From Vulcanimicrobiota bacterium (GTDB lineage: Bacteria > Vulcanimicrobiota > Vulcanimicrobiia > Vulcanimicrobiales > Vulcanimicrobiaceae), in NCBI GenBank assembly GCA_963833095.1, contig CAWHWQ010000001.1, forward strand, positions 672,001 to 736,000: a stretch of DNA of 64,000 bases. Reading direction: 5' to 3'. Under the pieces are notes generated by a model. The model saw only the letters and a program-made list of their open reading frames with translations, was not told the DNA's origin and did no database searches. Both the position numbers and the translations under genes were made by a program. Below, piece by piece: positions 10,180-18,785 of this stretch; the first letter of the stretch is position 1, and each line of letters opens with the position of its first letter.

Positions 10180-10875
10180 TTAAATCGGCTTGTTACGAAT
10201 CAAGAATTCGCGAACGGCAGTTTTTTCGGTGCCGTTTGCGGTCTTGACCTCAGCCCAAATGTAGATGCGTGTGTTGTCGGAGACGCTTGAATTGTTGAAG
10301 GTCGCATGCAGGTACGATCCGCCGGGAGCCGGACGGAGATAGATGCTCGCCAAGTCGCGGCCGCCACTCATGTTCGGCGACATGCTCCAACGCGCTACGC
10401 ACGAGCCCTCGAGCCCTTTGCCGTCGCACCCGAATCCGAGCTGGATCCCAGAGCCGGTATTGCGAGCTTCCTCGAACGTAACCGTGGGCGGACGCGTCTC
10501 GCTTCCGGCAGCCGTACGGAAGCTTGCGGTTCCGCTATACACTTCGCCGTCGTAGTTACGGATATACGCGCGATAGTAGTACGTGGTGCCGGGTTGTAGG
10601 CCGTTGAGATCTGCGTGCCATTGGGATCCGCCCTCCCGCGGCGTCACGGTGGTTTCAGCAACGCGCTTGGCTTCAGTCATATTGCCGTGGGTCGAGACTT
10701 CGAACCACACGCGCGCGTTCTGATCGTGATTGTTGTAGCTCATGCTTAGTCCGGCTGTCGTCGAACTAATATTCCAGTCCCAAACTCGATTGATAACCGG
10801 CGGAGACGCGGCAAGCGCCGTACCAAACGAAGATGCGGCAAGCAGGCCGCACAAGAAAAATGCAAGACGTTTCAT
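10180..10875 (-). CDS. Secreted protein with fibronectin type III-like domain
   Basis: Signal peptide; LNGLQPGTTYYYRAY FN3-type motif. Confidence 0.65.
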   Translation of the reverse strand: MKRLAFFLCGLLAASSFGTALAASPPVINRVWDWNISSTTAGLSMSYNNHDQNARVWFEVSTHGNMTEAKRVAETTVTPREGGSQWHADLNGLQPGTTYYYRAYIRNYDGEVYSGTASFRTAAGSETRPPTVTFEEARNTGSGIQLGFGCDGKGLEGSCVARWSMSPNMSGGRDLASIYLRPAPGGSYLHATFNNSSVSDNTRIYIWAEVKTANGTEKTAVREFLIRNKPI

Positions 10876-10948
10876 TGGGTCACTCTTTCAAAGTAGCGAG
10901 GGCTGCTATTCGCTCAATGAGCACGCAAGCATTTATAAGGAGCGACCA

Positions 10949-11818
10949 TTAGGGAGCGATCGCGTTTAGCTCGTTGAGCTCGTCTTTGGACAGAGTCAAT
11001 TGAGCCGCGGCAACGTTTTCGCGGAGATGCGCGATCGATGATGTCCCCGGGATGAGCAGCACGTTCGATGACCGCTGGAGGAGCCAGGCGATTGCTATGG
11101 CCTGCGAGGGCGAGCCGCGCCGCGCGGCGACCGAATCGAGTGCTTGGGACTGCAGCGGCGTGAAGCCGCCCAACGGGAAATAGGGCACGTAGGCGATACC
11201 CTGCGCAGCGAGCGCGTCGATTAACGCGTCGTCCTCGCGGTTCGCGACGTTGTAGAAGTTCTGCACGCAAACGACCGCAGCGATCGCTTGCGCTTCGGTA
11301 ATTTGCTCAGGTGTGACCGTACTGACGCCAAGATGGCGGATGAGCCCTTCGCGCTGCATCTCTGCTAGCGCGCCGAATGCTTCGGCGATCGATCCGGGCT
11401 CGGGGCGGTCCATTCCGCCGACGCGAAGATTTACGATGTCGAGGACGTCGAGTCCGAGGTTGCGCAAATTATCCTGAACCGCCGAGCGTAGCTCGGCCGG
11501 CGTAAGTGCAGGCGGCCATCCGCCGCGCTCATCGCGTCGCGCGCCAACCTTTGTAACGATATGTAGGTCGGCAGGATAGGGGTGAAGCGCCTCCTTGATG
11601 ATTTGATTCGTGACGTGCGGGCCGTAATAGTCGCTTGTGTCGATGTGCGTGATGCCAAGGCTGACGGCTTCGCGCAGCACGGCGATGGCGGCGGCGCGGT
11701 CTGCCGGAGGGCCGAACACGTGCGGCCCGGCGAGCTGCATCGCGCCGTAGCCCAGGCGCGAGACGGTGAGGTCTGCGGCCATCCTGAACGCGCCGCCCGG
11801 GACGAGTTTTTCTTTCAT
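10949..11818 (-). CDS. Aldo/keto reductase, PdxI/YdbC-like
   Basis: RLGYGAMQL, HIDTSDYYGP, VQNFYN and LLIPGTSSIAHLREN. Confidence 0.93.
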   Translation of the reverse strand: MKEKLVPGGAFRMAADLTVSRLGYGAMQLAGPHVFGPPADRAAAIAVLREAVSLGITHIDTSDYYGPHVTNQIIKEALHPYPADLHIVTKVGARRDERGGWPPALTPAELRSAVQDNLRNLGLDVLDIVNLRVGGMDRPEPGSIAEAFGALAEMQREGLIRHLGVSTVTPEQITEAQAIAAVVCVQNFYNVANREDDALIDALAAQGIAYVPYFPLGGFTPLQSQALDSVAARRGSPSQAIAIAWLLQRSSNVLLIPGTSSIAHLRENVAAAQLTLSKDELNELNAIAP

Positions 11819-11836
11819 GCAAAGCATTATCCCACA

Positions 11837-12604
11837 CTATCTCTTTATTGGCACGGAGATGTCGCACACGGAGAAATCCGCACCGCGCGCGTGTCGCGCT
11901 GCTGCGACGAGTTGATCGAACTCCGCCGAATGCGTGTCGAGCACCTCGATGGGCGGTCGCTGCGATGGAGGGAGATCGCTCAGTACGCGCACGCGGAGCA
12001 TGCGGTCGGGGTGTTTTGGCGGCATGCCAACCGCTGCTGCCCGAATCACCTCTAGACCGACGAGAATACGTCCAACGACCGTGTAGTCGTGATCGAAATT
12101 TCGCGTCGTTCCGCGCATGAAGAAAATTTCGGCATTTGCCGAATCCACGTCGCGCTCGCGCCCCATGCCCATGACGCCGTCACAGTACGCGCCCCACACC
12201 CGTGGTTTGCCGCTCGCGTATGACGCCCCGACGGGAATGACTCCGAGAAAGCCCTCCGGCGCGAGACCGCCGCGCACGAAGCGAATTTCGCTCGCCGGAA
12301 TGTTTGCAGAAAATTCGGCGCGCAAGTCAGGCAGCGCTGACCGGTCACCATCGTGATTGCGCGGGTCGCCGGTCTGCACGAAGTTGAATCCGGGCACGTC
12401 CACGACACGCCACATGAGGAGTCCGTCGTAGACGTGCATCCGAGCAAGGCGTTTCACCCGTTCGACCGCATGTGGCGCGAGGCGAGGCTCGAGTTCGACG
12501 ATGATGAGCCCCTTCGTCGTGGCGATCGCGAGCGCATTAGCCGGGTCGATTGGATGCCAGGCGCTCATAACGACACTAAGGATCAGCGAGGCAGCAAGAT
12601 GCAT
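11837..12604 (-). CDS. Cyclophilin-type peptidyl-prolyl isomerase
   Basis: TTKGLIIVEL..LAPHAV, YDGL..RVV, QTGDP, GMGR..DSANAEIFF and YTVVGR. Confidence 0.85.
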   Translation of the reverse strand: MHLAASLILSVVMSAWHPIDPANALAIATTKGLIIVELEPRLAPHAVERVKRLARMHVYDGLLMWRVVDVPGFNFVQTGDPRNHDGDRSALPDLRAEFSANIPASEIRFVRGGLAPEGFLGVIPVGASYASGKPRVWGAYCDGVMGMGRERDVDSANAEIFFMRGTTRNFDHDYTVVGRILVGLEVIRAAAVGMPPKHPDRMLRVRVLSDLPPSQRPPIEVLDTHSAEFDQLVAAARHARGADFSVCDISVPIKR

Positions 12605-12699
12605 GACGCCCGATTTTCCAGCGACAGGCGCTCTCCCGCTTGGGCGGTTGAAACAACGGGTAGCCGTCCGGCGTAACTGCCTGTAGAATGCGAGCAGCA

Positions 12700-13587
12700 A
12701 TGAACGGTCGATCCCGCACCTCCTTGTTCGCGATCTTGGTCGCCGCCGAGGTCGCCATTCTCGGTTTCGCAGTATACAGTATTCGTGGAGCGGTCTCCGG
12801 CGATGCCTTCGCCGGCGGCGGCACGAGCGCGGCCTTCGTCGCGAAGACCTTCGCTCCGATCGCTGCGGGAAATGCGCCGCGCATCACGATCGACGATCCG
12901 AATTCGGGTGTGACGATCGGCGTCTCGGACGACGGCCTGGTGCACGTCAAAGACGACACCTACTTCTCGGGCGCGACGCTACGTAGCCCCCACGCTTATC
13001 CGCAGCTTGTCGTTACACGGGATTTCAACGGCGTGCACATTTCGCGCCCCGAGTATCACGAAGGCTGGAGCATGTTCATCGGTTTCTCGAACTCACGCCA
13101 GCATTTCGAAGTGCAGGTGCCGGCCGGCGCCGACGTTGTCGTCGATGAGTGCGACAATGCCGAAGTCTCGGATCTGAAGAACGGTGTAACGGTCAAAGCG
13201 CTCGACGGGCGCGTTGAGTTGGCGCGCATTGAAGGCCCGATCATCGCGCACACCGATGACGGCCACATCGCAGCAGATGACGTAACATCGCCGTCACTCG
13301 ATCTGAGCAGCAACGACGGCTGGATCGAGCTACGCAATTTCACGGCCTTGGCGGGCGGCAAGTACGACGTTGCGACCCACGATGGGCACATCAAAGTCGG
13401 GTTTGCGCGTGGTTCTAACACTACGGTCGACGCGTCGACCAACGACGGCAGCCTACGCGTCGACGGCATTCGCCAACATGGCGACGATAGCGCGCAACAA
13501 ACCATTCGCGTCGGCAGCGGCGCGTCGGCAATGCGAGTCCATTCCGATGACGGCTCGATTACGATAACCACGAACGGGGCCAACTAA
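12700..13587 (+). CDS. DUF4097 beta-strand-repeat protein, membrane-anchored
   Basis: N-terminal TM helix; repeated xTxDGxI units (HTDDGHI, SSNDGWI, THDGHI, STNDGSL, SDDGSI). Confidence 0.8.
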   Translation: MNGRSRTSLFAILVAAEVAILGFAVYSIRGAVSGDAFAGGGTSAAFVAKTFAPIAAGNAPRITIDDPNSGVTIGVSDDGLVHVKDDTYFSGATLRSPHAYPQLVVTRDFNGVHISRPEYHEGWSMFIGFSNSRQHFEVQVPAGADVVVDECDNAEVSDLKNGVTVKALDGRVELARIEGPIIAHTDDGHIAADDVTSPSLDLSSNDGWIELRNFTALAGGKYDVATHDGHIKVGFARGSNTTVDASTNDGSLRVDGIRQHGDDSAQQTIRVGSGASAMRVHSDDGSITITTNGAN

Positions 13588-13670
13588 ATCAAAAAAAGCT
13601 CTAGCCCCTTCTCATCGTTATCTCACGAACCCGTCAACGCGGCGTCAACCACCAGTCCTACGCTTGCGTC

Positions 13671-14144
13671 ATGAACACTTCAGCATTTCGCTCCTCCCTC
13701 GCCGGATTCGCACTGTTCGGCATATTGACGACCTCGCTCGCGGCGCCGGCTCTGGCCGACGGTGCGGCCTCGACGCGCAACATTATCGGTGCGGCAGCCG
13801 CAGTCATCGGGATCGCCACCGCGGTGAATGTGTCGAACAAAAATCGGGTGGCGAACACGGTTGAAGGCTATCTGCCCGACGGAAGCGTGGTCTTCGAAGA
13901 CGGCCACGTCGTCGATCGGAATGGTGACTCGTGGTACCCGGGCAATCAAGGCGAACAAGTCGCTTGCAACGGTCAATCGTGCGTCATCACGTCGAACAAC
14001 GCCGGGTACGTCACTCCATACAACAGCCCGCAATACGGCGTCCAATTCTATGGTAACAGCCGCAACGTGCAGTACGACCGGAACAACCGGAACGACCGGA
14101 ACAACCAAAACTACAGAGACACGCGGCGTCCACCTAACGCGTGA
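13671..14144 (+). CDS. Secreted hypothetical protein with Asn/Arg-rich tail
   Basis: Signal peptide ending APALA; 9-bp tandem ccggaacRa near 14077-14110 encodes DRNNRNDRNN. Confidence 0.7.
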   Translation: MNTSAFRSSLAGFALFGILTTSLAAPALADGAASTRNIIGAAAAVIGIATAVNVSNKNRVANTVEGYLPDGSVVFEDGHVVDRNGDSWYPGNQGEQVACNGQSCVITSNNAGYVTPYNSPQYGVQFYGNSRNVQYDRNNRNDRNNQNYRDTRRPPNA

Positions 14145-14145
14145 T

Positions 14146-14205
14146 AACAAAAGAGCCCGACGAGACTTTCGCCGGGCTCTTCGTTATCTCGGCCCTTCGA
14201 CTTCG
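14146..14205. repeat. Partial third copy of the composite element; hairpin probably a bidirectional terminator
   Basis: aaaagagcccgacgagactttcgccgggctcttcgttat followed by cccttcgact, between convergent genes; same stem as at 15432 and 17351. Confidence 0.8.
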
Positions 14206-15017
14206 GCGCTCTTCGCCTTCTGCCAAAGTCCCGGAGCGCCGAGTTGCTCGCAAACGCCGGCAAATGCAGCGGTGGGCCCTCGCCATTCCAGCTCATCGAC
14301 GTTTTCGAAAAGCTTCGCGTCGGTTCGAAGCGTCGCGAGTTTCTTGAATAAGAGGGCGCGATCGCGATTCTCACCTAGCACGTTTTGCGGGAAGAGTTCG
14401 ATCTTGCCGTAACGCGCCAGCAGCGCTGTCGCGCCCTTCGCACCAATGCCCTTGATCCCGGGATAGCCGTCCGACGCGTCACCGACGAGGGCAAGATAGT
14501 CGGCGATCAGCTCGGGGTCAACGCCAAACTTCTCGCGCACGCCGCTCGCGTCTCGAATGACGTTGGTTCTTCTGTCCACTTGTACAACGCGATCCCCGCG
14601 CACGCATTGAGAGAGATCTTTGTCAGGTGTCCAGATGCAAATCTTTTCGACACGACCATCCTTCGATGCGATTTCGGCAGCCGAAGCAAGCGCATCGTCC
14701 GCTTCGAGTTCAACCATGGGCCATACCGCTACGCCCATTGCGCGCAGCGAATCCTCAAGCGGCGTGAACTGCGCCAGGAGCGCGCGATCCACGCCGTCTC
14801 CGGTCTTATAATCGCTCCAGAGGTCGTTCCGAAATGATTCGATGACATGGTCGGTAGCGACGCCAACGTGCGTCGCTCCATCCGCGATCATGTGCAGCAC
14901 GGTGTTGAGCACTCCGACAACGGCGCCGAACCGGCGCCCCTCACTGCCGCCGCGACGCTGCAGTCCGTAAAAGTGCCGAAAGAGCTCGTAGGTTCCGTCG
15001 ATGAGATGAATGACCAC
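14184..15017 (-). CDS. Stand-alone 5'-3' exonuclease/flap endonuclease (PolA N-terminal domain family)
   Basis: HLIDGTYELFR, EADDALAS, DKDLSQ and LVGDASDGYPGIKGIGAK (H3TH motif). Confidence 0.93.
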   Translation of the reverse strand: MVIHLIDGTYELFRHFYGLQRRGGSEGRRFGAVVGVLNTVLHMIADGATHVGVATDHVIESFRNDLWSDYKTGDGVDRALLAQFTPLEDSLRAMGVAVWPMVELEADDALASAAEIASKDGRVEKICIWTPDKDLSQCVRGDRVVQVDRRTNVIRDASGVREKFGVDPELIADYLALVGDASDGYPGIKGIGAKGATALLARYGKIELFPQNVLGENRDRALLFKKLATLRTDAKLFENVDELEWRGPTAAFAGVCEQLGAPGLWQKAKSAEVEGPR

Positions 15018-15025
15018 GCTACCAG

Positions 15026-15373
15026 CTAGCACACCTCAAAATTCCACACCGACGCCTTGTGACTCTTTAGGAGAAAGAGGGACGCAGGCGAGCGGAGCGC
15101 GATCGATGCGTCGTTCGATGCTGTTTGCCACGACCGACCCAAAAATTCGTCGAGATACCAGATCGCGAACGGGCTTACAGCGACGTCGCCCGTCTCCTCC
15201 CGCCTAAGATCAGCGAGATGTGCAAAGCCGGCCCCATTGATTTTCTCAACAAGAGATGGGAGATTTTCGCTCTTTTTTTCCCAAGATGCTGAGTCGCACG
15301 CGTTCGACAGGGCAGGTGCAGACGATACGGCGATGAGAAGTGCGGCGACAAGCAGGCTACGCGTAACATTCAT
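15026..15373 (-). CDS. Short secreted hypothetical protein, possible serpin N-terminal remnant
   Basis: Signal peptide; INGAGFAHLADLRREETGDVAVSPFAIW resembles the serpin helix A to SP motif; AT-richer than the flanks. Confidence 0.4.
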   Translation of the reverse strand: MNVTRSLLVAALLIAVSSAPALSNACDSASWEKKSENLPSLVEKINGAGFAHLADLRREETGDVAVSPFAIWYLDEFLGRSWQTASNDASIALRSPASLFLLKSHKASVWNFEVC

Positions 15374-15431
15374 TCGATTGCCCATTTAAACCGGAACGTC
15401 TACGATCTGCTGGTTGTTACATAGCCTAGCA

Positions 15432-15585
15432 AAAGAGCCCGACGATATTTCGTCGGGCTCTTTGTTTGGTGCGCTTCCCTCGTCCCTCGACTACGCTTCG
15501 CTACGCTCGGGATGACAACCTAGAACGTCAGAACGTTAGAATGTTAGAACGGTCAGAACGGCGCTGTGATGTGAATATGTTAAGA
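15432..15585. repeat. Composite intergenic repeat, copy A
   Basis: Hairpin aaagagcccgacga..tcgtcgggctcttt; 39-bp core 15480-15518 identical to 17396-17434; YAGAACG(G)T x5 at 15521-15561; tail tgtgatgtgaatatgttaaga. Confidence 0.92.
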
Positions 15586-17280
15586 TGCCGATGGCTGGAT
15601 CGCCGATCCAAGCAGAGCGCGTAACCGGGAATTCTCCACGCGAACGTACGCTAGGCCGGCCGATTCCGCAAGAGTCTGCAATAGGTTTGCCTCGTCCGGG
15701 TCGAGCCTCGTACCATCACGGTGCACCCCATACAGTATAAAACCAGCTAGTTCGTCGCCGTTGAATACCGGAACGGCTACCGTGGGATTGCCACAATTGG
15801 CGAACGTCGCCGCGACACGATCGTTTAAGTCATCAATATGTATACACGATCGCTCGGTGATGAGGAATCGAATGATATCGGCGTCCCGATCCATCGTGAC
15901 CGTTGGCCCAGCGAAGCCGGCAGACATCGCTAAGGTAAACTCGTTCCCATTTCTCCGAAAGAGGGCCGCCATCGTAAGGTCGAGCTCAGTGTACGGGTCC
16001 TCTACCAGTGCCCGATCGACCGTCTCTTCTTGCTCCGCACGGGGCAGCGTGCGGGCGAGGCGCCTCAAGTAGGTCTCGGCGGCATGTTTTTTTCGGTAAA
16101 TGATGGAGTCTACCCAACCCTCTAGGATAGGGGCAACGCGGTGTATCAAAACGCCTATCGAGATTGCGATGATTGCGTCAAGCGCAAGCGCGACACGCAT
16201 TTGGGCTACGAACCGCGTCGCCGCCCAATCGGCGGCTGCGATCGTCCCAAAGATCGCGGTCATCATCACGCCGTACACGACAGCCTTACTGAGCACGAAG
16301 CGAATATCGATGACGTGACGCCGCACGATCGCGTACATCAATGTCAGGGGCATCAGCATTGTGAGCGTTCCGAATAAGCCCGGCCAAAACGCTTCGCTCC
16401 CTTGCCGGAGATCGTTCGTAACGATGCCGATCGTAATAGCCGCAGCAACCCACCAAAAGCGGGCGCGCGCCGAAGACTCCATCGTCAGCAAACGGACCAC
16501 AATCACAATGACAACTGCGATCGTCATCACTTTAGAAAGAGCAACTTGGGAGGCATCCAAGGGAGAAAAATATCCGAGAACGAGTCCGCGGTAGAGGGAA
16601 TGCGCCACGACGAACGCGGTCGTGCCGATTGCCGCTATCCAAAACACCCATCCGCGCCAATCGCGCCGAACGCTTTCCTCCGGCACGAGGAGTGCGAAGA
16701 GAAAGAGAAAGACTGCGCCTAACGCGGCCGATGGACTGGCCACCGCCATGAAGGCGGCGTATGCAACCGGCGGCCAAACGGTGAGAGCCTGATATGCTGC
16801 ACCCACCGGAGCTTCCGCAAGACAGTAACCGAACAGCAGCCACGTCATGACGCTCGGGCGCAAGATCACTAACGTGCAACCGACGAACAAGAACACCGCA
16901 TAGGAGAACACCCGGAGAGCCTGCATCGTGGTACTTCCATAGAACGACGCGGACAGCGGTCCAGGCGCAGCCGCAAACGCAAGCTTCCGCCGCGGGACGG
17001 CGTTGGTAACGCAGAAGTGAAGAAGGTCGGGTTCGTAGGCTGCCTCTCGTAAAAACGGCAAACGTAGGATCGCGTAATCCCGCGTATCGATGGACCCGAT
17101 GAGGTCGCCGGTTCGCAGGCCTCCGCGCTCGGCAGGTGAGCCTGCGTCAACCGCCACAACTCGTGTTCCGTCTACGCGCGCACCGGTGTACGCCGTCGTA
17201 AATCGCGCAAACATCGTTGGCGCGACGAGTGCCAAAGAGAGGACCGACAACGCGACAACAACGACGGCACGCCAGCTCAC
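15580..17280 (-). CDS. Membrane sensor-like protein: PDZ-like N-terminus, multi-TM core, C-terminal GAF-like domain
   Basis: VVAVDAGSPAERGGLRTGDLI (PDZ); ~8 hydrophobic helices; YAIVRRHVIDIRFV; AVPVFNGDELAGFILYG...LDPDEANLL (GAF-like). Confidence 0.75.
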   Translation of the reverse strand: MSWRAVVVVALSVLSLALVAPTMFARFTTAYTGARVDGTRVVAVDAGSPAERGGLRTGDLIGSIDTRDYAILRLPFLREAAYEPDLLHFCVTNAVPRRKLAFAAAPGPLSASFYGSTTMQALRVFSYAVFLFVGCTLVILRPSVMTWLLFGYCLAEAPVGAAYQALTVWPPVAYAAFMAVASPSAALGAVFLFLFALLVPEESVRRDWRGWVFWIAAIGTTAFVVAHSLYRGLVLGYFSPLDASQVALSKVMTIAVVIVIVVRLLTMESSARARFWWVAAAITIGIVTNDLRQGSEAFWPGLFGTLTMLMPLTLMYAIVRRHVIDIRFVLSKAVVYGVMMTAIFGTIAAADWAATRFVAQMRVALALDAIIAISIGVLIHRVAPILEGWVDSIIYRKKHAAETYLRRLARTLPRAEQEETVDRALVEDPYTELDLTMAALFRRNGNEFTLAMSAGFAGPTVTMDRDADIIRFLITERSCIHIDDLNDRVAATFANCGNPTVAVPVFNGDELAGFILYGVHRDGTRLDPDEANLLQTLAESAGLAYVRVENSRLRALLGSAIQPSAS

Positions 17281-17350
17281 CGATCGATGTATTTAACTTT
17301 CACGAGAGCTTGCCTGCACTGCGCGTGACGCAGAAGGAGGTCGAGAAGTT

Positions 17351-17501
17351 AAAGAGCCCGACGAATTTCGCCGGGCTCTTTGTTATCGCGGTGGTTCGTC
17401 CCTCGACTACGCTTCGCTACGCTCGGGATGACAAATCAGAACGTTAGAACGTCAAAACGGTCAGAACGCTAAAAAGGTTCTGTGACGTGATTTTGTTAAG
17501 A
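17351..17501. repeat. Composite intergenic repeat, copy B
   Basis: Same order of hairpin, identical 39-bp core, YAGAACGT x4 (17437-17469) and tail tgtgacgtgattttgttaaga. Confidence 0.92.
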
Positions 17502-17559
17502 CGATCGCCACCGCCGACCGCCATTTTCGAGCAGCGCAAAACCACGGGGATACGTCAGG

Positions 17560-17913
17560 TTATTGCTCTACGAAAACGCCGATACGCAGAGACGAGCCGT
17601 CGTTCCCTTTGAAATACATGTCGCAATAGGCCGGGTATTGCCCGTGAACAGTAAATTTCCAGATCGGTTGGCCTCTGGGATCTCGTGACCAACCCAGATT
17701 CTTGGCCCAGGCGATTTGATGGCTCGAACACCGGCCTTTTTGCGTGTCCCACTCGATCTGGTTGGTTTTGCCGCTGAACGAGAGAACGACCTCAGCCGAC
17801 GTGTGCACCTTGAGCGTCAAGTGCGACGTATAGGAGTATATCTCTGCCGGCGCGCGCATTGGCAGCAGTACCGCCGCAAACGCAAGAAAGGCGAGCAATT
17901 TTCTCATAGGCAT
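17560..17913 (-). CDS. Small secreted hypothetical protein
   Basis: Signal peptide MRKLLAFLAFAAVLLPMRAPA; beta-rich with two Cys; exact start uncertain. Confidence 0.65.
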   Translation of the reverse strand: MPMRKLLAFLAFAAVLLPMRAPAEIYSYTSHLTLKVHTSAEVVLSFSGKTNQIEWDTQKGRCSSHQIAWAKNLGWSRDPRGQPIWKFTVHGQYPAYCDMYFKGNDGSSLRIGVFVEQ

Positions 17914-18231
17914 CCTCACGGACGCTCATTTCGGTGTCGGTGCGTCTCGTCCCGTGTCGTCGAACACGGCGGCAGTGCGATCAAACCGGGCGAGATCAGC
18001 CTCGCGCATCGCGCCGTATTGTCTTTCAACGAGGCTCTTTGCAAATTCATCTACTTGAACTTCACTACAAAAATGCAGTCGTCGACTACCCCGGATTTTG
18101 CGAGTTTGGGAAAAGTGTTAAGCAAGAAAGCCGAGAGAATTCCCCCGGCCTTCATCGTTGGTTTTTCCTTACCTAGTCAGCTCAGGCAGCGATGTATGCC
18201 ATCTAAGCTAACTTGACAGAATTACACCACC

Positions 18232-18681
18232 TCAGAACGGGATTTCGTCGTCCAACTCGTCGCCGAATGCGTCGCCTGCGGATGAGCCGTTGGCCGCACC
18301 TGGAGCGCCGCTGCGCGCGCCCGCATATGCGCCGCCACCGCCGCCGTCGCCTTCACCACCGCCCGCGCGCGAGCCGAGCATCTGCATGTTGTCGATCACC
18401 ACTTCGGTCGCTTTGCGTTTGTTGCCGTCCTTATCATCGTACGAACGAATGACAAGCCGGCCCTCGATCAGGGTGTTCGAACCCTTCTTTAAATAGGTGT
18501 TGCAGGTTTCACCGAGGCGGTCCCACGCGACGATGTCGACGAACGTGGTCTCCTCTTTATTGCGCGGGTTGTTGACCGCAAGCGTAAACTTCGTCACGGC
18601 CTTGCCCGACTGGGTGTAGCGGATCTCGGGATCGCGCGTGAGATTGCCCACCAGAATCACTCGATTATATGAACCTGCCAT
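18232..18681 (-). CDS. ssb: Single-stranded DNA-binding protein
   Basis: NRVILVGNLTRDPEIRYT OB fold; acidic tail DDEIPF. Confidence 0.98.
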   Translation of the reverse strand: MAGSYNRVILVGNLTRDPEIRYTQSGKAVTKFTLAVNNPRNKEETTFVDIVAWDRLGETCNTYLKKGSNTLIEGRLVIRSYDDKDGNKRKATEVVIDNMQMLGSRAGGGEGDGGGGGAYAGARSGAPGAANGSSAGDAFGDELDDEIPF

Positions 18682-18721
18682 AGTCGTACTCTCTTTCGCT
18701 TTGTCGCGCTGCTAGATACTC

Positions 18722-18765
18722 GAAAAATAGAGCGGGCTCGTGCCAGGTGTATGGCACGAGCCCGC
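18722..18765 (-). terminator. Intrinsic terminator-like hairpin between rpsF and ssb
   Basis: Perfect 14-bp stem gcgggctcgtgcca/tggcacgagcccgc with 6-nt loop, followed on the minus strand by ctattttt. Confidence 0.65.
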
Positions 18766-18785
18766 CTGTCGAATGCGAAAGAGTT

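Noticed and set aside
15568..15586. Rex- or CRP-like operator in the repeat tail
   Set aside because: Four or more mismatches to the consensus and weaker still in copy B
15521..17469. YAGAACGT arrays and 39-bp repeats as a CRISPR array
   Set aside because: Units are 8-9 bp with no spacers, the two 39-bp copies are 1.9 kb apart, and no cas genes are present
15424..17501. Repeats as integron attC sites (stop codon within TCTTAAC; GCTAGGC at the far end of copy A)
   Set aside because: The element is not an end-to-end palindrome, copy B lacks a matching GTTRRRY, and no intI is in the window
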